DNA from: a virus
Length of the DNA stretch: 64,000 nt
Virus record (IMG/VR): IMGVR_UViG_3300005002_000001
Strand: one strand, 5' to 3'
The notes below the pieces were generated by a model. It was given only the letters and a program-made list of their open reading frames with translations, made no database searches and was not told where the DNA came from. This document shows, one piece after another, positions 37,601-47,066 of the stretch. The position numbers and the translations under genes were made by a program. Numbering within the stretch: position 1 is the first letter of the stretch; the number at the start of each line of letters is the position of its first letter.

Positions 37601-38543
37601 TGAGATAATCGTAAAAACGCCGAAACGTATCGATCGTGTTTTTGTTGGCAGGATCGTTCATGTTCTTGGCTCCGATAGCTGTCATAGCCGTTTGAAAGTC
37701 CGGGAAATTTTTGGCAGCTTTTTGGCCCTTAACCTTTTGCGCGCTAGCGGGAGCGTTGGCCGTCCCGGCTCCCGTTTGCTGGGCTTGCGTGGGCTGCACA
37801 CCGACCGACTTTCCTGAAGCGTCCTTACCCGTCGTCTGCTGCTCCCCACCCGCGGCTAGCTGATTAGCAGCCTGCTGAGGATTGGATTGGGTCAGGGTTT
37901 TGGCGTCCTGGCTAGAGATAGGAAGACCCGGCGCCGACTTGGCTCGATTGGCTAGTTGTTCGATTTCAGCAGGAGATAGATTGAAAAATTCTGTTGCCAT
38001 CACACCAACGTCTTTGACGAATGGCATCTTCTTGCTGCCGAATATTCCCCCAGGCGGCGTAAAAGCATTCTGCAAGACTTTGACGATCTGGGTTCGATTG
38101 GCGGGAGATTTTGCGAATGCCTGACTTAGCGGCTGGTCAGCCTGCGGACCTTGGGCATTCGGATCGAGGTTCATCTTCTTCAGAAGAGAAATGACTGTTG
38201 GCATCGCTCTGAAACCTTGCAACACGCTGGCTTCGAAAGTGATGAAATCCTTCAGATCATCGACGATCTTGTACTTGTCGTTGACATTTTGAGCTAGCTT
38301 CTTCCAGAGCCCGCCCTCGCCCGATAGTTTTTGTGCTGCCAGCTCTTTAGCTTGGTTGATAGCTTGATTCAGCTGAGGAACTTTATTGCGGATGGGTGCG
38401 ATCATGCCTTCTAGAGTGCTAATCGTTTGCACCATCTGCTGCAACTTCTGCTGGTCTAGAGCCTCCAGCAGCCTCTTCTGATCATAAAGTTCTTTGAGCG
38501 TAAGAGACATGTTTAACGCCCTATAAGTATGTTTTACATTCAT
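37584..38543 (-). CDS. Hypothetical Gln/Ala-rich coiled-coil protein
   Basis: 319 aa. The only minus-strand gene inside the plus-strand block. Low-complexity Q/A/G-rich C-terminus. Confidence 0.4.
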   Translation of the reverse strand: MNVKHTYRALNMSLTLKELYDQKRLLEALDQQKLQQMVQTISTLEGMIAPIRNKVPQLNQAINQAKELAAQKLSGEGGLWKKLAQNVNDKYKIVDDLKDFITFEASVLQGFRAMPTVISLLKKMNLDPNAQGPQADQPLSQAFAKSPANRTQIVKVLQNAFTPPGGIFGSKKMPFVKDVGVMATEFFNLSPAEIEQLANRAKSAPGLPISSQDAKTLTQSNPQQAANQLAAGGEQQTTGKDASGKSVGVQPTQAQQTGAGTANAPASAQKVKGQKAAKNFPDFQTAMTAIGAKNMNDPANKNTIDTFRRFYDYLTKNAK

Positions 38544-38552
38544 GTAAGAGTC

Positions 38553-38807
38553 ATGAGCAACCAGAAACTGAAGAATGATCTGACCAAGTCGGCTTGGACG
38601 CTGTCAGCCACGATTAAAGACGTCGTCGCAAGGAATCTGCTAAAGGCAATCGGGACCAAAGAGATCGTCGTTCCTAAGGAATATCAGACGAAGCTCATTT
38701 ATCTCGTACAAGCGTCTGTCGATTCCGCTTTCGAAAGCTCTGTCAAGCAGTTCCAAAAGGACGTTGACAAAGCATCCGATGCGGCCGAGGCCGCTAAAAA
38801 AAAATGA
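38553..38807 (+). CDS. Hypothetical protein
   Basis: The track ORF starts at 38529. The ATG at 38553 has an AAGAG RBS. Lys/Ala-rich tail. Confidence 0.3.
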   Translation: MSNQKLKNDLTKSAWTLSATIKDVVARNLLKAIGTKEIVVPKEYQTKLIYLVQASVDSAFESSVKQFQKDVDKASDAAEAAKKK

Positions 38808-38857
38808 CGAGCCCGTCGGCGTTTCGACGAGTCTTGAGCTGGATGGGAATCTGACTA

Positions 38858-39313
38858 ATGCTGTCAGGCCAGAGACACTCGATCAGGTGCAATTGCATCC
38901 TGACGCAGCACATGAGCCGAAGGGACCCGCCCCTGTTTCATTTCGTGGCTTTTTCCGTCGTCGAAGACGATAACGTCAAGCCCAAAATCGTTCAATGTCC
39001 CAATTGCGGTGTCTTGCACCGCATCCTGGACATCGGAAAATCCAAAATTCTGACAGGCAAAGAGGAGTCTCGCTCGTTAGTGACATTTGACGATGTCAAA
39101 GCGTCAGTGCCTCCCAATCTTGCCAAGATACTAGAGCAGCATGATCTTGACATGACTCAATGGGAAGCCGCTCGATTCATTTTTGAAAATCAGAGATGGG
39201 GAGATCACGTCGTTCTTTCTGACGAGTCGGTGGATAAAGTCAGATATGTCAAGTACGTTCGAATCCTAGGAAATGATCTGTACAGAGTCGATACGCAAGA
39301 ATTCGAGGAATGA
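38858..39313 (+). CDS. Hypothetical protein with a Zn-ribbon-like CPNC motif
   Basis: 151 aa. The stop overlaps the next start. QCPNCGV motif. A competing overlapping ORF (38764..38973) was judged less likely. Confidence 0.35.
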   Translation: MLSGQRHSIRCNCILTQHMSRRDPPLFHFVAFSVVEDDNVKPKIVQCPNCGVLHRILDIGKSKILTGKEESRSLVTFDDVKASVPPNLAKILEQHDLDMTQWEAARFIFENQRWGDHVVLSDESVDKVRYVKYVRILGNDLYRVDTQEFEE

Positions 39314-39567
39314 TGTCAGACGAAAAGAAGTTTTACGGTACTCTCGGCGTCGACAAAGATGCCAAACGAATGAATGACTGTAGGGATATCGTTCGATCCA
39401 TTTCCCAATTTGGAGTCGATGATCAGCAGATACTGACGATAATCAGGCTGCTGGCTTTGGAGATGGAAGATCACGAAGCACACGTTAGGATCGTCGAGCT
39501 TCTGAAGGATATCGGAAATAGCTGTTTCTTGATCGAAAAGGAGAATGTCGATGGGCAGAAGACTTAA
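39310..39567 (+). CDS. Hypothetical protein
   Basis: 85 aa. Overlaps neighbours by 4 nt and 23 nt. Ends TAA TAA. Confidence 0.3.
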   Translation: MMSDEKKFYGTLGVDKDAKRMNDCRDIVRSISQFGVDDQQILTIIRLLALEMEDHEAHVRIVELLKDIGNSCFLIEKENVDGQKT

Positions 39568-40150
39568 TAATTCGGCCCGAACCGCCGACAAGAATAGCTC
39601 CGATTCCGAACTCGTTATCGTCAGTCCAGGAAATTCTAATGATCGGATCGTTTTCCTATCAGGAGACGTCAACGAGCACTCGATATCTACGATCATTACT
39701 CAGCTGATCAGCCTGGCCAATCAAAGCCCGTCTTTCCCCATCTATCTGATCATTAGCACGTATGGTGGATCGATCGATGAGATGTTCAGTCTTTACGACA
39801 CGATCAAATTTCTGCCGTGTCCCGTTCATACCGTCGCGTTAGGAAAGGTCATGTCAGCAGGCGTGCTTCTACTGTCAGCAGGCGTGAAAGGCAAACGACT
39901 CATCGGCAGAAACGCCCGCATCATGATGCACGCCGTCTCAACAGCTCACCAAGGCAACGTCTTTCAGGTCATGAATGATGCGCAAGAGACCCAGAGACTT
40001 CAGATGCTGATGGTCGAATCTTTAGCTAGAGAGACCAAAATGACCAAGGAACATGTCCAGGAGATCATGATCAAAGGGCACGATCACTACATGACTCCCA
40101 TGGAAGCCATCAAACTCGGGATCGTCGACAAAATTATCGGATCTAGTTAA
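39545..40150 (+). CDS. clpP: ATP-dependent Clp protease proteolytic subunit (ClpP-like serine peptidase)
   Basis: AAGGAGA RBS. GKVMSAGVLLLSAG fits the ClpP Ser motif. MMHAVS fits the His region. About 200 aa, typical size. Confidence 0.7.
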   Translation: MSMGRRLNNSARTADKNSSDSELVIVSPGNSNDRIVFLSGDVNEHSISTIITQLISLANQSPSFPIYLIISTYGGSIDEMFSLYDTIKFLPCPVHTVALGKVMSAGVLLLSAGVKGKRLIGRNARIMMHAVSTAHQGNVFQVMNDAQETQRLQMLMVESLARETKMTKEHVQEIMIKGHDHYMTPMEAIKLGIVDKIIGSS

Positions 40151-40244
40151 TTCGTGCGCGAACTGGAGAACATTTATTTTTACAGTCGCCCCAGGAGCGA
40201 TATATTTATGGATATCCAATCAAAACGATTGGGGAGGTCATCTC

Positions 40245-40463
40245 ATGAGTGATAATGATGTTGTGCTGTCGAAGTGGTCCGATTTGAAGAAACTGATCGA
40301 GGGTCTCGATCTTGACGTTCACAAGAACGCCGCCGGAAACGCTGCTGCAGGAGTCCGAGCCCGCAAGGGTCTTCGTGCTCTGAAGAAGGCGACGGGGGAT
40401 CTTGTGAAGCAGAGCGTCGCTCTCGACAAGGGCAAGAAGGCCGCTAAGGCGGCCACCAAGTGA
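40245..40463 (+). CDS. Histone H1-like DNA-binding protein (Hc1-like)
   Basis: DVHKNAAGNAAAGVRARKGLRALKKATGDLVKQSVALDKGKKAAKAATK resembles chlamydial Hc1 KAEKGNKAAAQRVRTESIKLEKIAKVYRKESIKAEK. Lys/Ala-rich tail. GGGGAGG RBS. Confidence 0.45.
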   Translation: MSDNDVVLSKWSDLKKLIEGLDLDVHKNAAGNAAAGVRARKGLRALKKATGDLVKQSVALDKGKKAAKAATK

Positions 40464-40500
40464 TCTTTTGACCACGAGGTTACTAGCTGCCAACGGCCCT

Positions 40501-40528
40501 TAGGGGCCGTTGTCTTTTAAACTGATCG
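40501..40528 (+). terminator. Rho-independent terminator
   Basis: Hairpin CAACGGCCC-TTAG-GGGCCGTTG followed by TCTTTT, directly downstream of the Hc1-like gene. Confidence 0.6.
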
Positions 40529-40565
40529 AAGTCCGAAAGGGACCTACTTATGATACGAGGAATGC

Positions 40566-40892
40566 ATGTCAACTAGAGCAGTAAGAACAGAAATCGCACT
40601 GCAAGGCCTTGATCCTCGATTGCCTCACAGCAAAGTCGATAAGAAGGGACGTCTCGTTCCTCACGGCGCCGGCCCGGGAGCCGCTCCTGCTGAGGTTATC
40701 GAAGTTCCGGTGGCAGTCGTCGAGGAACCCAAGGTAAAGAATGCCCTTGTTCAGCTCGAATCCGAACCTGAAGAGACTAAGACGGAAGTCGAAGTCGTAG
40801 AGGAATCGAAGCAAGATGCGCCAGAGACCGAAGAGGCTCCGAAGAAGAAGCCTGGTAAGAAAGAGAAGAAGGTTGTCAGTACAGATCCTTGA
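40566..40892 (+). CDS. Hypothetical acidic protein with a Lys-rich tail
   Basis: 108 aa. Glu-rich repeats and a KKKPGKKEKK tail. Confidence 0.35.
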   Translation: MSTRAVRTEIALQGLDPRLPHSKVDKKGRLVPHGAGPGAAPAEVIEVPVAVVEEPKVKNALVQLESEPEETKTEVEVVEESKQDAPETEEAPKKKPGKKEKKVVSTDP

Positions 40893-41143
40893 TCTTACGA
40901 CTGATATTCTTTTCGATCTGACAGATCCGCATCCTAGTAAGTCCGAAAATTTTGCCGACATCCTGAAGGGTCTTAGGACCGTCTTGAGCAGCGATGATGG
41001 CACAGTTCTGCGAACCTTGATGATCGATCCAGTTGCGACAGCCTTTTCTCTGACACGCAACGCCGTACTTGGCTTGGATCGAAAAACATGTGATTCCTTC
41101 GACAACGTTGTCTTGGATGACTGCTAGCTTTTTGCCTTCCATG
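40876..41143 (-). CDS. Small sigma-70 region-4-like HTH protein
   Basis: Hand translation ends ...DGPKTLQDVGKIFGLTRMRICQIEKNISRKIKDLY*, matching sigma region 4.2 (TLEEVG..FGVTRERIRQIE..ALRKL). I used the internal ATG at 41143; the longer track ORF (to 41343) would run into the phoH start. The overlapping plus ORF 40816..41127 was rejected. Confidence 0.5.
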
Positions 41144-41193
41144 TGGATTGATTTGAATTTACTGCACACGCTCAAGCTGTACAGATTATCGAA

Positions 41194-42546
41194 GTGAATG
41201 AAAGTAGGAATATGATGGAAAAAACGTATGTTCTTGATACGAACGTCCTTGTCACCGACAGCAACGCAATCTATGCGTTTGAAAACAGCGAGATTGTGAT
41301 TCCGCTCGTCGTGCTCGAGGAATTGGATCGTCTCAAGAATCACCCCGACGACCGGGGTCGTGCCGCTCGCCAGGTCAACAGAATGTTGGATGATCTGCGA
41401 AAGGATGGAAATCTTAGCAAAGGAGTCAAGATCGAGAGGACGAAGAGCACACTCCGAGTCGTTTCAGTCGATCAAAAATCCATTAAGAAGCTTCCTCTAG
41501 AGCTGCAAGATACGTCTCGTTGTGACAATGTCATCATCGCCACCGCCCTGCAGGAATCGCAGAAGGCGACCCGGGGCAAACCTCGAGAAGTGAAGATGAT
41601 CAGCAAGGATATCAACGTTAGAGTCAAGTGCGACTCTCTGGGACTTCCTTCTGAAGATTATCTCAAAGCTCGACCTGTCAGCGATAGCTCGGCTTTTTAC
41701 ACCGGGTACGATACGATCGACGTCGAACCCGAAGTGATCGATGCGATCTGCACGGAAGGATGGGTGCAATATTCTCATGACTTCTTCCCCAATCACTACG
41801 TCAATCTTCGTACGCATAGCGATCCTAGCAAGTCAGTATTGGCTCGGGCCAAAGAGCCCGGCTTCTTGGTCAGGATCAAAGACGTAGATCAGGCTTTCGG
41901 TCTGAAACCCCGAAATCTGGAGCAGCGATTTTCTTTAGATCTGCTCTTTGACAACTCGGTCAAGCTTGTGACCCTTTGCGGCGCCGCCGGCACCGGCAAG
42001 ACGCTGTTGGCTGTTGCGGCAGGCATGCAGCACGTCCTCGAAGCTCCCGCCAAATATGATCGATTGATCATCACTCGACCGGTGCAGCCTGTCGGCCGAG
42101 ATATCGGATTCTTGCCCGGAACGCTCCAAGAAAAAATGGATCCGTGGATCGCTCCTATCAAAGACAATCTCGATCATCTGTGTCGAGCCAAGAAAACTCG
42201 AAAGGACGAGCCCTATCTCGACCTGCTTCTTCGCAACAAGAAGATCGAAATCGAAGCCATCACATACATCAGAGGTCGATCGATTCCGAACTCCTATATC
42301 ATCATCGACGAGGCGCAGAACCTGTCGATGCACGAACTCAAGACGATCATCACTCGAGCGGGAGATGGTAGCAAGATCGTGCTGACGGGAGATATCGAGC
42401 AGATCGACAACAACCACGTCGACATGTATACTAACGGTCTGACGAACGCCGTCGAAGCCTTCAAGGATTACAGGATCTCGGGTCACATCACACTGACAAA
42501 GGGGGAGCGTAGTGAGCTAGCGACGTTGGCGAGTAAGATCCTGTGA
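41194..42546 (+). CDS. phoH: PIN-domain PhoH-like ATPase (PhoH2/YlaK type)
   Basis: N-terminal PIN (YVLDTNVLVTD...VIPLVVLEELD). Walker A LCGAAGTGKTLLAV. Walker B IIIDEAQN. Confidence 0.85.
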   Translation: MNESRNMMEKTYVLDTNVLVTDSNAIYAFENSEIVIPLVVLEELDRLKNHPDDRGRAARQVNRMLDDLRKDGNLSKGVKIERTKSTLRVVSVDQKSIKKLPLELQDTSRCDNVIIATALQESQKATRGKPREVKMISKDINVRVKCDSLGLPSEDYLKARPVSDSSAFYTGYDTIDVEPEVIDAICTEGWVQYSHDFFPNHYVNLRTHSDPSKSVLARAKEPGFLVRIKDVDQAFGLKPRNLEQRFSLDLLFDNSVKLVTLCGAAGTGKTLLAVAAGMQHVLEAPAKYDRLIITRPVQPVGRDIGFLPGTLQEKMDPWIAPIKDNLDHLCRAKKTRKDEPYLDLLLRNKKIEIEAITYIRGRSIPNSYIIIDEAQNLSMHELKTIITRAGDGSKIVLTGDIEQIDNNHVDMYTNGLTNAVEAFKDYRISGHITLTKGERSELATLASKIL

Positions 42547-42584
42547 TCTGACATCGTCAGAATCGGTATATTATAGAGTAGTCA

Positions 42585-43895
42585 ATGGCTACTCTGATAC
42601 AGTCCATCAATCACTTTATGACCGGGTCCATCAAGGGCTCGGCCGAAGTGTTTGCTTCTATCTTTTACCTGTTGGACACGTACGGCCCGCAATGCGGCAT
42701 CCGTAGAGTGGCGTATAACACGGGAAGCTATCCGCAAGGCGCGGGTATGTACTACGGAAACACGGAAGCATCCTCAAGCAATAACGCTTGGGCCTGCTTC
42801 CACTGGGCTACGGCTGAGAATCCGTTCTTCATGCTGATCCAGTATGCGACATCCTCAGTCGATTCTTTTCCGTTTGGAAATGTCTTGCAAGGAGCCCAGG
42901 GCGTCCTCAAGGGAAATGATCCGTCCATTAGTCAGGGAGGAGTCGGCATCCAGTTTGCCGCCATTCCGTACAGCCTCACGCGTCTCGAGGATATTGATAT
43001 CTGGAACGGAAGCAGGTTTTCCAACGGAAAGGATCGGAAAAATTTTCCGTGTCCCTGGAACACGGCATCCAATGACGTAGTCATCTTCCCGCGGGCTAAT
43101 AACGAAGTCCCAGGCCGAGATTCGGGTCAGCTGAAACCGTCTTTGCCCGGGTTCTATCAGAGATGGGCCGCCGGCGGCATCAATGCTCCTAATCTCGGAG
43201 ACCAGGCGATCACTCGATCGATGTATTCGTGTCTTGTCTCTCAGAATGATCTTGCGTCTAGAAGTATGATGTGGCACATCATGGCTGATGGTGATGCTTT
43301 CATGTTTCTTAAGAATCACGGAACATCATCTTCGTCTTTTAGTTACTCGGGTCTGTATTTCGGACCGTATGAAGAAGCCGTCGGATTCAATTCGAAGATG
43401 CGCTACGTCATGATCAATCATCAGACGTCCGCTTTCAATGATCCGCCGTTTTCTCCTCTTTCTTCGGGTACGTACTACGGAGAAAGAACGGGAACGGGCA
43501 GCCTCGACGGCGGCGTCGCGTTTCCGACGTGCATTAGTGGATGTTTTGCGGCCGCTCTAGAAATTCCGACATTCATTAGCGATTCGAAATTCACTCCCGC
43601 TCGTCTCTTTTCTAGAAGCGCTGATGCCCCCATCTATGACGAATTTCCTTGGGGTCTAGCAGCTTACGATCCCGAAGGACAGGCTTTTGGATTCTGCGGT
43701 AGCATCAGATTCATGAGAGCCCTGTGGGGAGTTCCGACGCACACGGTGTTTCCGCAAAGTCTAAGAGCTGCATTCGGAAATTCTGTAACGGGCAGCGTCA
43801 AGATAACGGTTCCGTGGTTCACGGGATCCCAGTACTTGCCCGGGGCTAATCTACATGTGACGGGCACGCAGCTGATGTTTACGACTACTTATTGA
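42585..43895 (+). CDS. Paralog 1 of a 9-member tandem family (putative virion structural protein; family unrecognised)
   Basis: Shares the family signature blocks: N-terminal F..F.SG, G(I/V).R.AYNTG, NNAWACF.(W/F)A.A.NPF..LIQY, PW.G(S/T), FPRANN, Y(F)GPY, NDPPF, GGVAFP, and C-terminal (I/V)PW(F/D)(T/G)G. Confidence 0.5.
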   Translation: MATLIQSINHFMTGSIKGSAEVFASIFYLLDTYGPQCGIRRVAYNTGSYPQGAGMYYGNTEASSSNNAWACFHWATAENPFFMLIQYATSSVDSFPFGNVLQGAQGVLKGNDPSISQGGVGIQFAAIPYSLTRLEDIDIWNGSRFSNGKDRKNFPCPWNTASNDVVIFPRANNEVPGRDSGQLKPSLPGFYQRWAAGGINAPNLGDQAITRSMYSCLVSQNDLASRSMMWHIMADGDAFMFLKNHGTSSSSFSYSGLYFGPYEEAVGFNSKMRYVMINHQTSAFNDPPFSPLSSGTYYGERTGTGSLDGGVAFPTCISGCFAAALEIPTFISDSKFTPARLFSRSADAPIYDEFPWGLAAYDPEGQAFGFCGSIRFMRALWGVPTHTVFPQSLRAAFGNSVTGSVKITVPWFTGSQYLPGANLHVTGTQLMFTTTY

Positions 43896-43901
43896 GGCTC
43901 A

Positions 43902-45146
43902 ATGGCGACCATCGGATTCATCGAAAATAGGATCAGACCCACCCCCAGCCCGGGTACCGATTATTACATGACGATCTTTCAATTCCTCTCTAGCAGTTAT
44001 GCTATCGGAGAAGGAATCGAACTACTCGCGTACAATACGGGAACGTTGTCGACCCCCGGCATCGGCGGCATGAATTACTCTGATGAACCGAACAGGGTAG
44101 GCAACAATTCTATCGCTTTGTTCCGATTCAACATGGCGACCCCGCCCTTTTATGTGTTGATGCAATTTGCGTCCGGATCGGCGTTCGGAGCAGGTGAGCA
44201 AGCTTTTGCTCCTAATACGCTGACTACTCTGACAGCTTCGCTATATGGAAATTCATCTGGCAACGGCGGCACCGATAGAACGATCACTCCTAACTTCGCT
44301 CATTCTCAAGGAGCGACGGCCATTGCGGTTGCCTGTCGAGCCGATGGGGGAAATCCGTGGAATGGAACGTTAGCGTTCGGCAACGCAGTCAAAGGAAATC
44401 CCGTATGGATTTCCGGATCTTCTCAACTTTGCGTTTGGCCGCGCTCCAATGGACAAAGCGGATCTTTTGACGTGACGAGTTCAGCCTTCAATCCGTCCGT
44501 TCATTACAGACGACACAACATGTTTCCGCTTGTTTCGAACGGTAACATGGCTAACAAACACTCTACTGTCTCTGTCGTTGCCAATCGAGAAAACCTGTTG
44601 ATCGCGACCGATGTGGGAAATTCGGGATCATCGACATTTTGGTACTTCGGCAAGTACAACGCCCGACCGGGACTAGTCCCCGAAGTACCGTATGTGTGTC
44701 TCTGCACGACATCCAGCGTCAATGACCCTCCTTTCAAAGTCCGACCTCACAAATTCGGAACTTTGGATGGAACGCCTGAAGAAGGCGGCGTTGCCCACCC
44801 GACTGCGTCCTTCGGAGTTCGACAGTGTTCTTTGGATTACATGAGAACATTTGTCAATACGGTTAATCTGCATCCCAATACGATGTTCGGATTTCCTCAC
44901 AAATTCGACCAATTCGTCTACTTCTTGCTGTTGGATGAGGATCCTAATCAGTACGGTTACCTCGGCACCATTGATTTCTTCAGACTAGTTTATGGAACGG
45001 TGCCCAGAGGAGTTTCGAGAACTAGACAGTGGGCTATCTTCGGCAGTACGGTGCCATATAGCGCTAAGCTTTTGATTCCCTGGGACAATCTATCTCCTGC
45101 CGGTTCGGGAGGAAATAGAAGAGGAAGGATTTTCTCACGTGACTGA
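43902..45146 (+). CDS. Paralog 2 of the tandem family
   Basis: AIAVACRADGGNPWNGTLAFGNAVKGNPVW...VWPRSNG...FWYFGKYN...PYVCL...NDPPF...GGVAHPT...GYLGTIDFFR...IPWDN. Confidence 0.5.
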   Translation: MATIGFIENRIRPTPSPGTDYYMTIFQFLSSSYAIGEGIELLAYNTGTLSTPGIGGMNYSDEPNRVGNNSIALFRFNMATPPFYVLMQFASGSAFGAGEQAFAPNTLTTLTASLYGNSSGNGGTDRTITPNFAHSQGATAIAVACRADGGNPWNGTLAFGNAVKGNPVWISGSSQLCVWPRSNGQSGSFDVTSSAFNPSVHYRRHNMFPLVSNGNMANKHSTVSVVANRENLLIATDVGNSGSSTFWYFGKYNARPGLVPEVPYVCLCTTSSVNDPPFKVRPHKFGTLDGTPEEGGVAHPTASFGVRQCSLDYMRTFVNTVNLHPNTMFGFPHKFDQFVYFLLLDEDPNQYGYLGTIDFFRLVYGTVPRGVSRTRQWAIFGSTVPYSAKLLIPWDNLSPAGSGGNRRGRIFSRD

Positions 45147-45348
45147 ACCACTTTATGCAGGAGATTATTTCACAACTCTTTTGCCGGCATTCCCACCGGT
45201 CGTTTTCGGTGTTAAAGACTATAACCTCGATAGAGAACGATTTCAGAAGGTATATTCTTACATTCGAGCCAAGCAAATTTGGGTCTTCAGAGTGTCCGAT
45301 GATCCGCCCATTCCTGATGCATATCAGGGTCGATTGAGTCCATACTGA
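45139..45348 (+). CDS. Small hypothetical ORF between paralogs 2 and 3
   Basis: 69 aa with a GTG start and no internal Met. Its stop overlaps the paralog-3 ATG as TGATG, suggesting translational coupling. Confidence 0.25.
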   Translation: MTEPLYAGDYFTTLLPAFPPVVFGVKDYNLDRERFQKVYSYIRAKQIWVFRVSDDPPIPDAYQGRLSPY

Positions 45349-47066
45349 TGCCGACGTATACTGTTCAGCTAGACGGTCTGTTGTCGACGACAAACTCGAC
45401 AGAGGGACCGTTATGCGCTGCGATGTTTGCCACCGTCAAAGATTTTTTGCTCAATAATGCAGCGACTCTGGGAACTCAGCTAATAGCTGAGGGCGGTGGA
45501 TTTGCATATAGCGGTCAAAGACTACAAAATGGTTTGGGTCCGCCGGCCATTAACGATCCCCAAGCTAATTTCATTCCTGCTGATCCTGGCTGCGTCGCCG
45601 CGAACGCCTTTCGAAAAGGCTATAGCTTTTATGTTTGGGATGTCGTTCATGGAGGAACGTCCGGACAGTGGTGCTGCATTCGTTTTGCTTCAGCTTCAGT
45701 ACCCTTTGACGTATTTCTTCATAATTTTAGCGGCTCGCGGACTAGAGAAGGCCGGCCCACGGCTACATGGACAGCAGACACATCGGACTCTATTCCGAAT
45801 CAGCAGGGATATCGTACGAATACATTTCTGGCTTCCGCCGGCCCGCTAACCAACATCGACTGCCCTCCGCTTAGTCCATCTCCGGGAGGCAACGATTATT
45901 CTCTTCAAACAAGGACTGAAGAAGGAATTCCCTCGGCTTTCACCGAAGGTGATTACACTATTTTTGCTCGCACCGGATTCTATTATCTTGGTCTTTCTCG
46001 TACGACTGGCGGCGATCAGCGCATGCGCGGCGGCGGATTCGCAATTCAAATCGCCCAACGTGCCGATGGTGGAGAACCTTGGAGTTTGGGAACAGGAAAC
46101 CAAACTGGATATTTCATTCCTCCGGTGTATGATGGAATTACTAGCGCTAGCCTCTTAACTCCAAATTATTTGAATCATTGGACAGCTGGAGGAAGCACAC
46201 TTGGAGTCTTTCCAATTTCTAATGCGACATTGTCAAGTTATCCGACGACGGCTTCATTGGGGGGAAATCACGCGACGTCGTCTAACAATCTTTATCCGAT
46301 CATGACTGATCGTGGGACGGCTCAAGGATATTGGCAAACTCGATATCATTTGTTGGCTGACAGAGACAATTTGTTGATTGTAACGAGTGATGCATCCAAT
46401 ATTACGAACGTATACGATTACAAATTTTGTTACTTTGGAAAGTACATTACCCTTAAAGAAGAGCGATCAAATTATCCTTGGACGATGCAAGTACCATACG
46501 TTTTCTTGGCGACAAATACCGGTGCAGGTAATGAACCGACCATTCCCGTTGGACGATCGCTGATTGATTCGACATTCATAGAACCGGTTGTTTGGGGCTC
46601 GTGGCAAGGATTTAATATGTGGGAAGGGGGAGCGTGGTATCCGTCCGCGTCTCAAGGAGTAACATCAGTGATGTTAGATCTTCCCAATCGATCTAGAGAT
46701 CCGAGCCTCAATCCCAACAGACTTATCGGCAATGGTACTCCACAATATGATCGATATTCTATCGGTCTTTGGTTGACCGGGTCGGCCGGCCGATCCCATC
46801 CTGGTATCTCCTATTTAGGAAGAATGAATGATCTCATTCGAGCGATATCGGGTCTCGCATGTCACGATCAAACTGCAGACTTGAAGTTTGCTGTCGTGGG
46901 AAATTCGCAAACAACAGGAATGACTTCGAATTTTAACGTTGATTCTTCTGGTCCTTTTTCCTTTTTGAGACAGAAGATGGTCATTCCGTGGAACGGTTCG
47001 ACTCTGATCGGAGCAAATTCATCTCCTTCCGGTCTGACCGGTAGCATTACGACGGTGCTCACATGA
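45348..47066 (+). CDS. Paralog 3 of the tandem family (longest, 572 aa)
   Basis: ANAFRKGYSFYVWDVVHGG...IAQRADGGEPWSLGTGNQTG...YFGKY...PYVFL...IPWNGS. Carries extra insertions relative to the others. Confidence 0.5.
   Translation: MPTYTVQLDGLLSTTNSTEGPLCAAMFATVKDFLLNNAATLGTQLIAEGGGFAYSGQRLQNGLGPPAINDPQANFIPADPGCVAANAFRKGYSFYVWDVVHGGTSGQWCCIRFASASVPFDVFLHNFSGSRTREGRPTATWTADTSDSIPNQQGYRTNTFLASAGPLTNIDCPPLSPSPGGNDYSLQTRTEEGIPSAFTEGDYTIFARTGFYYLGLSRTTGGDQRMRGGGFAIQIAQRADGGEPWSLGTGNQTGYFIPPVYDGITSASLLTPNYLNHWTAGGSTLGVFPISNATLSSYPTTASLGGNHATSSNNLYPIMTDRGTAQGYWQTRYHLLADRDNLLIVTSDASNITNVYDYKFCYFGKYITLKEERSNYPWTMQVPYVFLATNTGAGNEPTIPVGRSLIDSTFIEPVVWGSWQGFNMWEGGAWYPSASQGVTSVMLDLPNRSRDPSLNPNRLIGNGTPQYDRYSIGLWLTGSAGRSHPGISYLGRMNDLIRAISGLACHDQTADLKFAVVGNSQTTGMTSNFNVDSSGPFSFLRQKMVIPWNGSTLIGANSSPSGLTGSITTVLT

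Noticed and set aside
40816-41127. Plus-strand ORF (103 aa) overlapping the region downstream of 40892
   Set aside because: The minus strand here encodes a clear sigma-70 region 4.2 helix-turn-helix ending at 40876. The plus ORF has no motif and an odd composition. The minus ORF is preferred.
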